Shown here: positions 1-12,099 of the stretch, piece by piece
Position numbering within the stretch: the stretch's first letter is position 1
How the letters are laid out: the number at the start of each line of letters is the position of its first letter
Assembly (NCBI GenBank): GCA_030867685.1
Contig: JAQOWU010000008.1
Span: 4,340,001 to 4,404,000 of the forward strand
DNA: 64,000 bases
Source of the DNA: Wickerhamiella versatilis
Taxonomy: Eukaryota
Direction of reading: 5' to 3'
The notes under the pieces: model-generated
Database searches by the model: none
What the model saw: the letters and a program-made list of their open reading frames with translations, nothing else
Told to the model about the DNA's origin: nothing
Translations under genes and position numbers: made by a program

Positions 1-716
1 ATGGCTTCGTACGAATCTGGACCAGCAAAAAAGTCATTGGGATTCAAATACCAGTCATCGGCGTAGCCAAAATCACCTGGATGGACGACAAACTCATACG
101 AGTCAGCAAGAGATAGCAAACGCTCCACACTTGGATGATCTTGAGAGGGCGCATTGTTAGAGGTGTTTTTAAAGCCGTCTGTGCCAAAGAGTCCCATATC
201 AATTGCGACGGCAAAATTAAATGGCGTGTTATCTCCAGCTGTGCGACCACTCGTAAAGCTGCCAATAGTGCTATTGCTCGATTGAACCTTGTAATAGTAT
301 TTCGTCGATGGCTGCAAACCAGTGAGTTCCACAGAGCTGTACCATACTCGTGAAGTGGCATAACTTATGGAACCATTATCCGAACATGCAGTTGAGTTCA
401 GATTATCCTCCTCCGTGCCATAGGACACACATGGTCTCTGATACTGTTCAAAGGAGCTCCAGCCGATGTTCATCGATGATGGGGATGAGAACCCGAGCCG
501 TAGGCCTACAGGGGTTGAAGGGTCAGATGGACGCTGCGGCCACACACTTTTACCATCATAAGACGCAGAATCATTACCAATTGATGGCGTTGCCTGTGGA
601 TAGAATGCTGTTGACGCGTCATATGGCGTTATGAGGGATACCGTAGCGAAAATAGCGCCGCAGCTTTTGGCCATTAATATGAAAAATAGCGGTGAGAACC
701 AAAAAATGAACGCCAT
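1..716 (-). CDS. Secreted purple acid phosphatase / metallophosphoesterase, 5' part (runs off the window edge; missing from the ORF track)
   Basis: Manual translation from ATG 716: hydrophobic leader MAFIFWFSPLFFIL, FN3-like segment (VELTGLQPSTKYYYKV), then metallophosphoesterase motifs IDMG and HPGDFGYADDW. Open to base 1. Confidence 0.85.
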   Translation of the reverse strand, partial: MAFIFWFSPLFFILMAKSCGAIFATVSLITPYDASTAFYPQATPSIGNDSASYDGKSVWPQRPSDPSTPVGLRLGFSSPSSMNIGWSSFEQYQRPCVSYGTEEDNLNSTACSDNGSISYATSRVWYSSVELTGLQPSTKYYYKVQSSNSTIGSFTSGRTAGDNTPFNFAVAIDMGLFGTDGFKNTSNNAPSQDHPSVERLLSLADSYEFVVHPGDFGYADDWYLNPNDFFAGPDSYEA

Positions 717-1020
717 ATTGCAAACGGATTAAATTTAGAGCTAAAAAAAGAGAGATGGAGGGTAATAAGACTATTTAAATATACCTAGGAATTTGAAGGG
801 TCGGTCTTTCTTACTAACCAAGAAGATACCAGGGAGTCGATTGACGACTGGTTATAATTAACATCATATATAAGAAGGGAGTTATTAATGCCAGATAGGA
901 AGGGTAGCAATCTATATTACCAAAAGTCAATATGATATCTACAGCAAGCACTAACATATAGAAAAAAATGTCGCGTTGTTTTCCCAAGATGCAGTGATCA
1001 GCACATGACAAAGGCGGTAC

Positions 1021-1035
1021 CACGTGGGACACGTG
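1021..1035. promoter_or_regulatory. Tandem CACGTG E-boxes (Pho4-like sites) upstream of the acid phosphatase
   Basis: CACGTGGG at 1021 and CACGTGG at 1030, about 305 bp upstream of the phosphatase ATG. Pho4 binds CACGTG in yeasts. Confidence 0.5.
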
Positions 1036-2437
1036 GATCAGCCACTCCCGATCAACACAATGAACTTAACTGGGAATGAAGCCGATCTCATTGGTTAAAC
1101 GAGCTCGAGTCAAACACCCAAGTAACTGTATTTTAGTCGCTAAGATATACCTAGCAAATGACCGTCAATTTTTTAGACAGGTAGGTTATGGTCATCAGAT
1201 ATGGGTAGTGGCAAAAATAGGTGAATCCAGCAAGAGTATTGTTATTATATTGATTTCCTAGGATCGGAGAGGAGAAAACACAAATTTGAGCTATAGAATT
1301 CCTATGAACGAGTCCTTGCAAAAAACGTACCAGTAACTGAAAGTCATTTAAGCTAGTACGAAATTATCACAGCTCACAGGCTCAGGATGAGTTTCTTTAT
1401 GTTGACAAGAGGGGGTTGGTGTAAGAAGCAGCAAAAAGAACATATGTACGTATCTGCATGATAGCTGAAAGTGCAAGCTAGAAGAACTATAAACTCGATC
1501 GATTATGTTGAATTGAAGCCCATAAAAAGTATAAACCAAGGCCTAGGATATCGTAATAATTGTGAATTTAGAAATTTGTCAAATATTTTCAAGGTAATCT
1601 AGTAATTTTCCAGAAGTAATCATGGTAGCAGCATCATGACTTGTCATTCCCCTTCCAAGCTATATGCCGGTCGACACGCTCATTGTGTTCTCCGTCAGCC
1701 CATTCCGCCCCACATGCCCAGGGGATAGGGATAGGGGAGTTAATAACAGCCCCATAGTGCCTTTCTATTACTCCCCTTACCTCTCTTCCACTGTGATCAG
1801 CATACAATATAATTTTGCGAATAGTTGAGAAATTAGTTTATCATAATTGTGGATGAAGCAGACATATGAAATAATTTCTGAGCATCGAGAGCCCCCTTTC
1901 CCCTATTTAACCTAAATATTGTCAAATTCTGTAGAAAGAGCACTCTTTGGGACAGTACTCACGTGTGTATGTTTCAATGCCAGACCATACCGGGTAATAG
2001 AAATGCCTTGCGTCGGATATCCCCACTTATCATCAAAGTGCCTGCACTGATGACTGTTGGGTACTCTTCTGACATATTCGTAAAGTACACTTGAGAAAGG
2101 CAATAGAAATACAAGAAATTTCATAAGTATAAAAATCATAAGTATTAAGGGCCACTATACAGTACTATTGTAACAGATGTATCAGAAACCAATGCGGTAT
2201 GGTTGCCATGCCCCACTGGTAACCATAACAATACAAACAGTAGCTGCATTAGAAGATCAGTAACATAGGAGTACATGCATATTGTATAATAATGTAAATA
2301 AACAACCTAGAGGAAACTGGTGCACAACCATTATGAGTGAAAAATGGAGAGTTTACACTAGTACATTCCGCATATGCATAACCGTACGTGATCACCGTGG
2401 AGCACCTATATAGTGTGAAGCTTGTTATCTTGTATTT

Positions 2438-5383
2438 ATGGTTCGTGTTAGAAGATTTCTGTCACTGCAAGCTTCTTTGCAGTTTGCGTTCGGCGAAAGC
2501 CTTTCATCTGGCTCAGCTCTAAGCTCAGTTGTGTTCACTACCCCTACTTATAATCTGGTAGCACCTACAAGCAGCTCAAACTGTGTTTGTGAGAATGAGA
2601 GTGTTGCCGATGATCTAGCGAATCTCCTTGGCAAAACTGTTGATGAGGCGTTTTCTGTTTTTTCTGCAGGGTTGACACCATGGAATATTGTGAACGATGT
2701 CCAGACCATTCAGCACTTATTTAGTGATCTTAAGAGTCAAGCAGGTTCTATTGACTGCATCAGTTACTCCACTCAGGCAAAGCTCCTTAGTCTCCTTGAC
2801 CAGGTTTTGGATATTGATCACCAACTTTTGGAAGGTCTATATTCATTCGGGATTGTCGAGCTAATTGACGATCTTTTACCTGCCCTACATCTAATTAATG
2901 AGGGAATATCGAGTATCATAGTTAGCGTGAGTGGCGGGCTCTCGCTTCACCCATGCTGTGTTCTCTATGCTGAAGTGAATTCATCGGAAGATTTTATCAA
3001 CAAATTGAACACCATAGTTGATGCAATTAATGTCCTGGCTCCTATTCTTCATCTTCCACATGTCTCTGGATTTGGTTTGACTGTATCACTTACTGATTGC
3101 ACATCTAGTACAAGTAGCACTGGTTCTACTGGTACTTCTTCATCTGAAGTTTCTACTACATCGAGCTCCAGCTCCATCTCCAGCTCCAGTAGTACGAGGA
3201 GCGTTAGTTCCGCCGCCCAGAGCTCTTCCTCGATCTCGCTTCCTAGCAGCGTACCCACCACCACCATCTACCCCTCTATTTCATCATCCTACAGCATACC
3301 TCTGCCAAGCTCCACTTCGAGCTGTGCCTGCGATAATTCTGATGTCTCTGAACTGGTCCTTAGTTCGGTGCACAAAGCTGAAGATGCTGTGGTGGAGGTA
3401 CTGAGGGCGGGTATTAGTGTGTTCAATCTGCCGGGAAAGATCAATGCCCTCCAGTCAGTATTTGAGGATTTGAAGGACCTGGCGTCTGATATTGACTGTA
3501 TTAGCTATGATTTACAGTCAAAGCTATTCTCTGTCCTAGATTCGGCTCTTCAAAATGTTCACGAGCTTCTGGAAGGCGTATTATCACTTGGTGTTGTAGA
3601 ATTGATTGATCAGATAGCACCAGGTCTCGCATTGATCAACGAAGGCCTTTCGACTGTCACCGTGAAATTTACTGGCGGACTATCTCTGCACCCATGCTGT
3701 GTGCTTTGGGAGGAGGTAGAAACAACTCAAAAATTTGTTGATGATCTGAACAACCTTATTCATAAGCTGAACTCTATATCGATCATCAAATTGCCCGATG
3801 TTTATCCATTTGACTTATCGATTTCGCTGAAGGATTGTCCCACTTCATCATCCACCAGTGAGTCACCTGCTACAACGAGTATCTTATTGACAACCTCCAG
3901 TAGATTGTCAACTGCTCCTCAAAGCAGCACTTCCATTGGCTCTAGTGGGTCATCGAAAGCCCCCTCGAGCAGTACCTCAACTAGATCTAGTGGATTGTCA
4001 ACTGTTCGTCACAGCAGCACTTCCACTGGCTCTAGTGGATTGTCAACTGGTCCTCACAGCAGCACTTTCACTGGATCCAGTGGGTCATCGAAAGCCCCCT
4101 CGAGTAGTATCTCAACTAGATCTAGTGGATTGTCAACCGCCCCTCACAGCAGCTCGCAAGGTGCCCAGTTGACTACCTCTAGTAGATCGCCAATCGTCTC
4201 TGGCAAATCATCGCCTGTCCCTCCTTCCAGCATTAAACACCCAGCTTCATCCCTTCTAACCACCACTGGTTTGAATGTATGGAATTCTACTGTGTCATTT
4301 TCCGGGACAGCTAGTACGAGCGTAACAGATGTCGGCGCGCCAACCGATAGTGGCTCCTCTGGTACTTCTAGTATTTCTGGTGTTTCTGATGTATCAACCA
4401 GTGGTGCGACTGGTACACCTAATAGTGACGGATCTGGTGCTACTGGTAGTGGGTCTGGTACAGTAGCAGCAACTGGCGCTTCTACTGGGGGAAGTACTAC
4501 CGGTACGCCTGCTGGTAGCGAAGCTGGGACCGGTACTTCAGCTACTGAGGGTGGCGCTTCTGGTGCAGGTGTAACAACTACTGCCGGGTTGACTTATTTT
4601 ACGACTTATTGTCCATCACCAACTACATTTACCTATGGTTCTTCAACTTATACAGTTTCGGGACCGACGACATTGACCATTACTGAATGCCCTGCTTGTA
4701 GTGGAGGTGCTCCAACAGGTATCTCAACGGATAACGCAGGTGCTACGGGTACCGAATCTGGCGCTGCTGGTGTAACAATTACTAGTGAGGTGACTTATTT
4801 TACGACTTATTGTCCGTCGCCAACCACATTTACCTATGATTCCTCGGCTTATACAGTTTCGGGACCGACAACATTGACCCTTACTGAATGCCCTGCTTGT
4901 AGTGGAGGTGCTCCAACAGGTATCTCAACGGATAACGCAGGTGCTGAGGGTACCGAATCTGGCGCTGCTGGTATAACAATTACTAGTGAGTTGACTTATT
5001 TTACGACTTATTGTCCGTCTCCTACTACATTTACCCATGACTCTTCAACTTATACTATCACGGAACCAACCACGTTGACACTTACTGGAGAGCCATCCAG
5101 CTCACGCTATACATATACACCCCAAAGTGGCGGTGAGATATCTGAAGTCTCTAAGTCTGCTGGAACCGGAGCAACTAGCCCCTCTCCTACTGCTGAAACA
5201 TACAGTGGGATTGGTTCACCTAGTGCTACACCTGCCCCCCAAAAGTCTAGCGGGAATGTTTCACCTCTAGCCGAGCTCTCTAGTTCGCCTGAAGCTTCCG
5301 TGGCTGTTGCAAATGCAGCTACAAATGTAAAGTCATTAAGTGGTGCGTTTGGTATTGCACTTGCAGCAATTTTGATACTGTAA
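2438..5383 (+). CDS. GPI-anchored cell-wall/adhesin-like protein
   Basis: 981 aa. N-terminal leader, two copies of a Cys-containing domain, Ser/Thr stalk, three Sed1/Ccw12-type repeats (TYFTTYCPSPTTFTY...TTLTITECP) and a hydrophobic GPI tail (ANAATNVKSLSGAFGIALAAILIL). Confidence 0.88.
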   Translation: MVRVRRFLSLQASLQFAFGESLSSGSALSSVVFTTPTYNLVAPTSSSNCVCENESVADDLANLLGKTVDEAFSVFSAGLTPWNIVNDVQTIQHLFSDLKSQAGSIDCISYSTQAKLLSLLDQVLDIDHQLLEGLYSFGIVELIDDLLPALHLINEGISSIIVSVSGGLSLHPCCVLYAEVNSSEDFINKLNTIVDAINVLAPILHLPHVSGFGLTVSLTDCTSSTSSTGSTGTSSSEVSTTSSSSSISSSSSTRSVSSAAQSSSSISLPSSVPTTTIYPSISSSYSIPLPSSTSSCACDNSDVSELVLSSVHKAEDAVVEVLRAGISVFNLPGKINALQSVFEDLKDLASDIDCISYDLQSKLFSVLDSALQNVHELLEGVLSLGVVELIDQIAPGLALINEGLSTVTVKFTGGLSLHPCCVLWEEVETTQKFVDDLNNLIHKLNSISIIKLPDVYPFDLSISLKDCPTSSSTSESPATTSILLTTSSRLSTAPQSSTSIGSSGSSKAPSSSTSTRSSGLSTVRHSSTSTGSSGLSTGPHSSTFTGSSGSSKAPSSSISTRSSGLSTAPHSSSQGAQLTTSSRSPIVSGKSSPVPPSSIKHPASSLLTTTGLNVWNSTVSFSGTASTSVTDVGAPTDSGSSGTSSISGVSDVSTSGATGTPNSDGSGATGSGSGTVAATGASTGGSTTGTPAGSEAGTGTSATEGGASGAGVTTTAGLTYFTTYCPSPTTFTYGSSTYTVSGPTTLTITECPACSGGAPTGISTDNAGATGTESGAAGVTITSEVTYFTTYCPSPTTFTYDSSAYTVSGPTTLTLTECPACSGGAPTGISTDNAGAEGTESGAAGITITSELTYFTTYCPSPTTFTHDSSTYTITEPTTLTLTGEPSSSRYTYTPQSGGEISEVSKSAGTGATSPSPTAETYSGIGSPSATPAPQKSSGNVSPLAELSSSPEASVAVANAATNVKSLSGAFGIALAAILIL
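4590..5090 (+). repeat. Intragenic tandem repeat with a 201-bp (67-aa) period, about 2.5 copies
   Basis: TGACTTATTTTACGACTTATTGTCC recurs at 4590, 4791 and 4992 with near-identical intervening sequence. Confidence 0.9.
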
Positions 5384-6985
5384 TCTATCTTATTTTGAGA
5401 TTGTATTTTTTTTGGTGATACCCACATTTTTTTTTGATATTTTTGAGTTTTCTTACTTCTTCATTGATTGTTTGTGTAATTGCTACTTAGTGTACAAGAC
5501 AATAGGAGAGGGATAAGGGATAAGGCTATTTGTTGCCATTTTATAGGCACTTAACGTCTTGGACCAAAAAAACAAGTTTTCGTAGAATAGCAATTCAATA
5601 AATCAAATACTACAATAAAAATAACTCAAAAAATCTAATATTCCCTTAGCGAGGCTTTCGAGCCATAGCCTAGCTTAGTTCAATAAGTATCCTGGTTCTC
5701 GAAGGAATGAGTGAAAGCATTTTCTGCAATCAGGTATGGGCTGAACACCATTTTCTTTCCTTTTTCAGATTCAATAAAGAATTATTTATGTAGTTTGTTT
5801 TACGGATGATAGTTGATTTTGGGATTCAGAGGAATTTTGCTTGAACTCTAGTATTTCCAGATAATTGAATCAAACAAATTGAAGCATACAGTCACTTTAA
5901 TCGGTATAAAATGCGGATCCATAGCGGGTCCAACGTCGATGACAAAGGATAATGATTAGCAATCTGGTACGTTATCTGTCGTGACATCACGTGCAATAAC
6001 GCAATGACCTTCAAAGATCTGAGGTCATATTCTATCATCTATAGGTAATTTGTCGAAATCTCTTTGTTTGAGCCTTTAAAATTAGGTGGAATCCGAATCT
6101 GTCACTCCCGCTCGCTTGTTGCAAGCCAATGAGAGCGGCACACCAAACGGATTGGATGCACAATACTATGCTATAGACAATCAAACTGAAACTCTAGGAA
6201 CGTTATTGAAAGCTGGTGCACTAGTAAGGAATCTTTTAACTCCCCGTACCTCGATAACGGTGACGATGATTAGGTTGGCGTGGAAAACGTTACAAGCATT
6301 GTGAATCAACACAACCTTTTAATATACTATCCATTATTTCAAATATGAGGATAGAAAAGACAAATAAGACAATCCAAATGAGAAAAGGCGACAATTATCG
6401 TTAAGATAATAGATGCTTTATCAGGTCCAAGCAGTCTCAGGTATCAGCAGGTCGAATACGTATAAGTCAGTGTACCATCCTTTCGACATCACCACTTTTC
6501 AAGAGTAGTAAGTTTGGCGTAGACCATCACTAGCTGGTCTTCATAGTTATATTCAATTCAAATTAGCGAGTGTCACCATTGCCTGATACTGGTTGGAGCT
6601 AAATAGATCAAGCTTGAGCCAGAATTGCTGTTTACCTAGCCCAAATTGATGGATAAGCACCAAAAAAAAATTAAGAAGGACATGCATTATTTAGGTTCCT
6701 CCCCCTCTGTTGTCTTTATTCTCAGTATTGAAGATTTCAGATAGCTAAAGGGTCGATAAATGGTGGATTTATTCGCGGATTATAGCTCTTGCTCACACTA
6801 AGCTTCCTCAATGGGCACATCCAAATGGCAATTTTGCAGCATTTTAATACTGCTTTAAGATTTATATGATCATATTTACGAGGTCCAAGTCATATGTGAT
6901 TTAGGTCACAACGATTAATAACATTACCAATCGTGCATGGATCGCATGGTATATAAATAAGCACCCTGATGGATTGTAAGTAACT

Positions 6986-8050
6986 ATGCCTTCTCTCTTC
7001 GATTCAATTAAACTAGGCTCGTTCGAGTGTTCAAACCGTGTTCTCATGGCGCCGCTCACCCGGGCCAGGAGCGACCGTTCTGCGGTTCCCAATGATCTCA
7101 TGGTGGAGTACTATGCGCAACGTGCTGGCGCCGGACTCATCATCAGTGAAGCTACTGCAATTAGCCCTGAAGGGCACGGGTGGCCCAATGCACCCGGTAT
7201 ATGGACCGAGGAGCAGGTGAATGGCTGGAAGAAGGTGACAGATGCTGTTCATGCTAAAGGCGGCAAGATTGTATGCCAGTTGTGGCACATGGGGCGCTGT
7301 GCACACTCCGACGTCAGCACTGTGCCAGTTGTGGCGCCCTCACCAATCTCTTTGGGCACTTTGATACATGTCTACGACGGAAAGAAACCTGCCGAGACCC
7401 CGAAGGAGCTAACTAAGGAGGATATTTCTCGGATAGTTAAGGACTATGCCAAGGCTGCCAAGAACTCAATAGACGCAGGATTCGACGGTGTACAGCTGCA
7501 TGGTGCAAATGGGTATCTTGTGGATGAGTTTTTGAAGGATTCGACCAACAAGAGGACAGATGAATATGGCACCGACCGCGTCAAGTTTTTGCGTGAAGTT
7601 GTGGGCGCTCTGGTCGACGCCATAGGCGCGGAGCGGGTTGGTGTACGTTTCTCGCCCAATGGCGACACTTTTGGTGCATACAGTGAGCATCCTGAGAAGG
7701 TCATGATCCCGGCGGCAAAGGTCTTACAGGATGCCGGTGTGGCGTGGCTGGAGTTGCGGGAACCTGGTGCCCAGGGTACTTTTGGCTCCACAGAGCAACC
7801 CAAATTGCATGGTGAAATACGCAAGGTGTTTAAGAACCCCTTGTTCCTTAATCAAGACTATACCAAGGAGGCTGCAGTGGAAACAGTTCAAAGTGGTGTA
7901 GCGGACGGTATAGCGTTTGGCAGGCCGTTTATATCAAATCCTGACCTTGTAAAGAGACTCAAGGAAAACCTGGAACTAGCTAAGGACGACATGGCCACTT
8001 GGTACAGTCCAGGTCCGCATGGGTACGTGGATTATCCCGAGGCGAAATAA
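6986..8050 (+). CDS. Old Yellow Enzyme family NADH:flavin ene-reductase, alphaproteobacterial type
   Basis: MAPLTRAR, QLWHMGR, catalytic HGANGY, WLELREPG..GTFG.T.QPKL and LNQDY. Closely resembles Gluconobacter/Zymomonas ene-reductases as I recall them. Confidence 0.93.
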   Translation: MPSLFDSIKLGSFECSNRVLMAPLTRARSDRSAVPNDLMVEYYAQRAGAGLIISEATAISPEGHGWPNAPGIWTEEQVNGWKKVTDAVHAKGGKIVCQLWHMGRCAHSDVSTVPVVAPSPISLGTLIHVYDGKKPAETPKELTKEDISRIVKDYAKAAKNSIDAGFDGVQLHGANGYLVDEFLKDSTNKRTDEYGTDRVKFLREVVGALVDAIGAERVGVRFSPNGDTFGAYSEHPEKVMIPAAKVLQDAGVAWLELREPGAQGTFGSTEQPKLHGEIRKVFKNPLFLNQDYTKEAAVETVQSGVADGIAFGRPFISNPDLVKRLKENLELAKDDMATWYSPGPHGYVDYPEAK

Positions 8051-8478
8051 GACCTTTATTTAGTCAATACATTTTAGTGGTGATGAAAGGTTGCTTGGAC
8101 GCATTACCGTTATGCATAAAATAACTTGGGAAAGAAGCTGTAGTTTAATGAACCTTCTTTAACTTGTATTATATTTAATCAAGCTAATCTTCGCGGCAAA
8201 AATACGGCAAAAATACAGCGATTCAAAGCTTCCTCGCATGAGACATTTAGTTGTTATCCACCTATAATTAGAATTCCAAATAGGTACAAAACAAAAAAAA
8301 ACCACTCTAAGTAAAAATGTTGCGAAAGTCCGAGCGGTCTAGATCTCGCGGAAACTGTAACCGGCCCGCAAAATCTATTATGTAAGTTCGCACAAACATT
8401 CAATATTTATTTAATAATTTATTGCTTGTTTGGGCATAAACGTTAGACAGACACCCGGTAGATAGTTTGAACCGCAGG

Positions 8479-10077
8479 ATGAGTGAGTCTTTTAAAGATG
8501 AGAAGACAGTGGGAGATCAGGAGCAGCCTCAAGTTCTGCGGCCTGATGATATCCCTTTAGCCGAACCTGAGGCGCCTGAGGGCTCTTTGTTGCAAAGAAT
8601 TTCATCCCGGGTATCTAGTTTCAAGTTGCCTGATAACGATAATTATGAAGTGAGCAAGGAGGGACTGGTCACAGTCCCCGTAACATCCCCATTGCATCCT
8701 TGGTCATGGCCCACAGGAATCCGTATCTTTTGCACAGTTATCTATGCCGGTGCAACTGCTACAGTCCAGATGTCGACAACGTATGTTACATCAGATATAC
8801 CCCAAATTGCGCAACGATACAATGTCGGCACCGAAGTAGTCACTGTAGCGTTTAGTGTGATGATCCTGGGTAATATCATTGGCTCTGTTATTCTCTCGCC
8901 TCTGAGTGAGGCTTACGGGCGCAAGATATCGGTTTTCGCCTCCAACTTTGTATGTGGAGCTATTATTTGTGTTACTACGAACGTCGACAGCATTGCGGCT
9001 TTTACCGTCTTCCGGTTTATCGCTGGAATTTTTGCTGGGGCACCTCTCTCCATTGGTGCAGGTGCAATGTCCGACTTATGGGAGCCAAAGATTCGTATCG
9101 CTGCCATGGCCCTCTATGGTACCATGATTACGGTTGGAAGTGCAGTTTCTCCTGTTTTTGCTAGTCTACTAGTGACCCATGACCCTGGGTATGGCGACCG
9201 GTGGGGAGGCTGGACAATGGGGATATTCCAAATGGCATGGTCCCTATTAGCATTGTTAACTGTTCGTGAAACGTTTGTTCCCGGAATTGAGCGCGGTGTT
9301 TCTACAAACGTACGTGTCTCCCTTGAGCGATGGAATATCCATAGCCGCCTTGACAGGTATCGACTTACGGCAGGAGAATTCCTAACCGTCCATATTATGC
9401 GCCCAGTATGGCTGTTTTTCACGCCGACCATGTTATGTTACAATACCCTTTCATCGTTTGTTTATGGACTATTCTTCCTGCTCATTTCCACGAACACAGA
9501 AAACTTTCAGACAGTGCATAATTTCCCTGCCACCTCGGCTCATTGTACTTTCTTTGCCATTGTCGCTGGTTTTCTGTGCGGAGGAGCAATGCTGGTGGGC
9601 TTCGGCGCGGACATGGCCAGGTACGCTCAGAAAACTCGGGGCCCTCCACCGCCAGAGATGCTGCTCCGACCCATGATGATAGGCGTTGTATTTCTGCCGT
9701 CGGGCTGCTTCTTATATGGATGGAGTTTATATTCGTTCGTTCACTGGATTGTTCCGTGCATCGGCCTTGCGCTGGTAGGTGCGGGGTTTGCGCTAGTATT
9801 TGTGGTTAGCTTGGCATATATTGTACAGTGCTACAGTACGCCAAGGGCATCCTACGCGGCGAGTGCTATCGCTGCGAATATGATTTTGCGTTCAGGACTT
9901 GGCGGCGGGTTCCCCCTATTTGCAAGACAAATGTACCAGAACCTGAATGTCCATTGGGCAAGCTCCCTCTTGGGATTCCTCCTTGCCGTCGCTATACCGA
10001 TACCTTTCATTTTCTATATGCTGGGCCCTCGCATTCGTGCGGGAGATCGGTTCCGCAAAGAGCTCGAGTCTATGTGA
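8479..10077 (+). CDS. MFS drug:H+ antiporter, DHA1 family
   Basis: 12-TM pattern, PLSEAYGRK, YAASAIAAN..RS...FPLFA. First ATG is at 8479 (the track start at 8467 is TTG). Confidence 0.9.
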   Translation: MSESFKDEKTVGDQEQPQVLRPDDIPLAEPEAPEGSLLQRISSRVSSFKLPDNDNYEVSKEGLVTVPVTSPLHPWSWPTGIRIFCTVIYAGATATVQMSTTYVTSDIPQIAQRYNVGTEVVTVAFSVMILGNIIGSVILSPLSEAYGRKISVFASNFVCGAIICVTTNVDSIAAFTVFRFIAGIFAGAPLSIGAGAMSDLWEPKIRIAAMALYGTMITVGSAVSPVFASLLVTHDPGYGDRWGGWTMGIFQMAWSLLALLTVRETFVPGIERGVSTNVRVSLERWNIHSRLDRYRLTAGEFLTVHIMRPVWLFFTPTMLCYNTLSSFVYGLFFLLISTNTENFQTVHNFPATSAHCTFFAIVAGFLCGGAMLVGFGADMARYAQKTRGPPPPEMLLRPMMIGVVFLPSGCFLYGWSLYSFVHWIVPCIGLALVGAGFALVFVVSLAYIVQCYSTPRASYAASAIAANMILRSGLGGGFPLFARQMYQNLNVHWASSLLGFLLAVAIPIPFIFYMLGPRIRAGDRFRKELESM

Positions 10078-12099
10078 ATTTTGATGACGCCATAAAACAC
10101 GTAGCAGGATTCGGGCTCAAGCCTCTCTACTAATAGGAAGCCAGTTTATTCCGACTCGGTGGTTGACCGACAGGCGACAGTATCTGTTTAATCTATCTGA
10201 CAAATCAGTCCAGCTAATGTGCGGCTGTGTTGTTGGTGATGTTGCACAAGATAATTCAGCCACATAAGTTTTAATAGCCCAATACGGGATGATATATAGA
10301 CAATAGAACTACTAATGACCGCAAAGCTTTCAGCTGTATCTAAGAAAGTGTGTCGCTCTCAATTTGTCATTATTCATGGCTGGTTAAAAGACCTGGGATT
10401 AGGATGTGTCGACCGAAAACCTGCATATCTATCTGCTAGTTATGCGAACGGTTAGCATAAAGTTCTTGCTAAAATTCGAGTTCTGCGAAAAGCTTAGAAA
10501 CAGCATTACTAATCTGCGACAGACTAGAGGTTTTGGAGTTTAAAACTACGAGCTTCAGGTCCTAGGAGAGTTATCACCTGGAAATTAAGTGGAAATATGG
10601 GGTTATACAGCAATGGCTGAGATTCTTACTATGAACATAGTTGACAGTAGTCAGTGAACAATCGTCGGCGAGCAGCGGCTAATGGCCAGCGGCAAGTGTA
10701 TACTGCTTTTCTATTACTATTTAGCTCTCCATGATGTGATGAGTGGACTCTTTCATGTAAGTTAGCCTACTGTCAACCCCTTTCGTCCCTAAATAGAACA
10801 CCTTGCATATTAGTCACCATGTGTAATCGGAACTCCATGATGCGATGTTTATTAATGAGACATTATCTTGTCCATCTCGCTCGTCGTTCATGGGTCAGAT
10901 TAATTGAAGTTATGATCCTTGAACAATGTTTAAGCTAATACAGATATCAGTGATAGTGAATGGCTTCGTTTTATGCAGCTTAGAACCCGGTTTCATCGCA
11001 CGCATGGAGAGGGGGCGACGTACAAAATAATTAAGCTTAAAATGGGATGCAGTACTATCCATGGATTATTTGATATAAAATATTCATGAAGCTTAACAGT
11101 AGTGGTAGAGTTCTAGCCAATATCCTAATTATAGTGAGAAGGTTGTCACATGGCACCCACCGAGAGCCTGTAAGTGACGGTGTCATGGTAGTTTTGTAAA
11201 ATTTTCAGGCAAATAATAGCCAAATTTTCTTTATTTTTTGCTTTGTCGTCCGTTTTCTGGGTTCACACCCAGTGGGCATACTGGTGCCGATCGAACCCTA
11301 GCCCAGAAATAAGCGTACCTTAATGTACTTCGCCAGTAGATGGCACCGATCAAATAGATATTGCGATGGGTCATGTTTTCGCACCGCGATAGAGATAACA
11401 TAGCAACGACGTTTTAGTTAGTAGGTGCTAGCCCTGTTTAACTGTCCGTAAAGGATGGATGCTTGATGACCAGTTGTGCACACACCTCATTGGATGAATG
11501 AAATTTTTTTCGGCGACCAGCATGTTGCGGATTTTACGTACTGGAGTCAATAATTATAGCACTAAATAAGAACTTTTTATAATATAAGCGGTTCTTTTGG
11601 CCAGTTTTCTGACCTTGATGCCCCTGAGATTGCAAAGGTAAGGGGTTACACTGCCAGTTACATAATATAAAAAATCTGAGATGCGCTCTACTAGGCGAGG
11701 GCACTGCTGAGGCCAAATTACTAGAACTCTCAACAGCTCTGTGCTCTTTGCATATTTATATACCTGTAGTCGATATCAATGGCAGTGAGTAGGAGTTGTC
11801 TTCTGGTGGAAGTAGCAAAATGAGTCTAGTCAGCTTACCTGGGATAGGGTTATATTACCCTTGTTGATTTTGCATATGTAGCGAGATGCTAAAGATTTCC
11901 GGATATAGTATATTGTGCCAGTATATGAGGCCCTAAAGGTCAGCAAATGCTTTTTCCTTATTGTTGTCTCAATATTTGAGTACCTTAGCTTCTGTGGTAA
12001 GCTAATGTCTCAAATCGATCATCGTACAGGCTGCAGCTTACATAACTTCGTGAGGAAGTTTATAATAGGCGAGAATTCTCATCTGGGTAATCGCCAACT

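Noticed and set aside
6086-6304. Ankyrin-like fragment (TETLGTLLKAGALV)
   Set aside because: One partial motif with no ATG is insufficient support.
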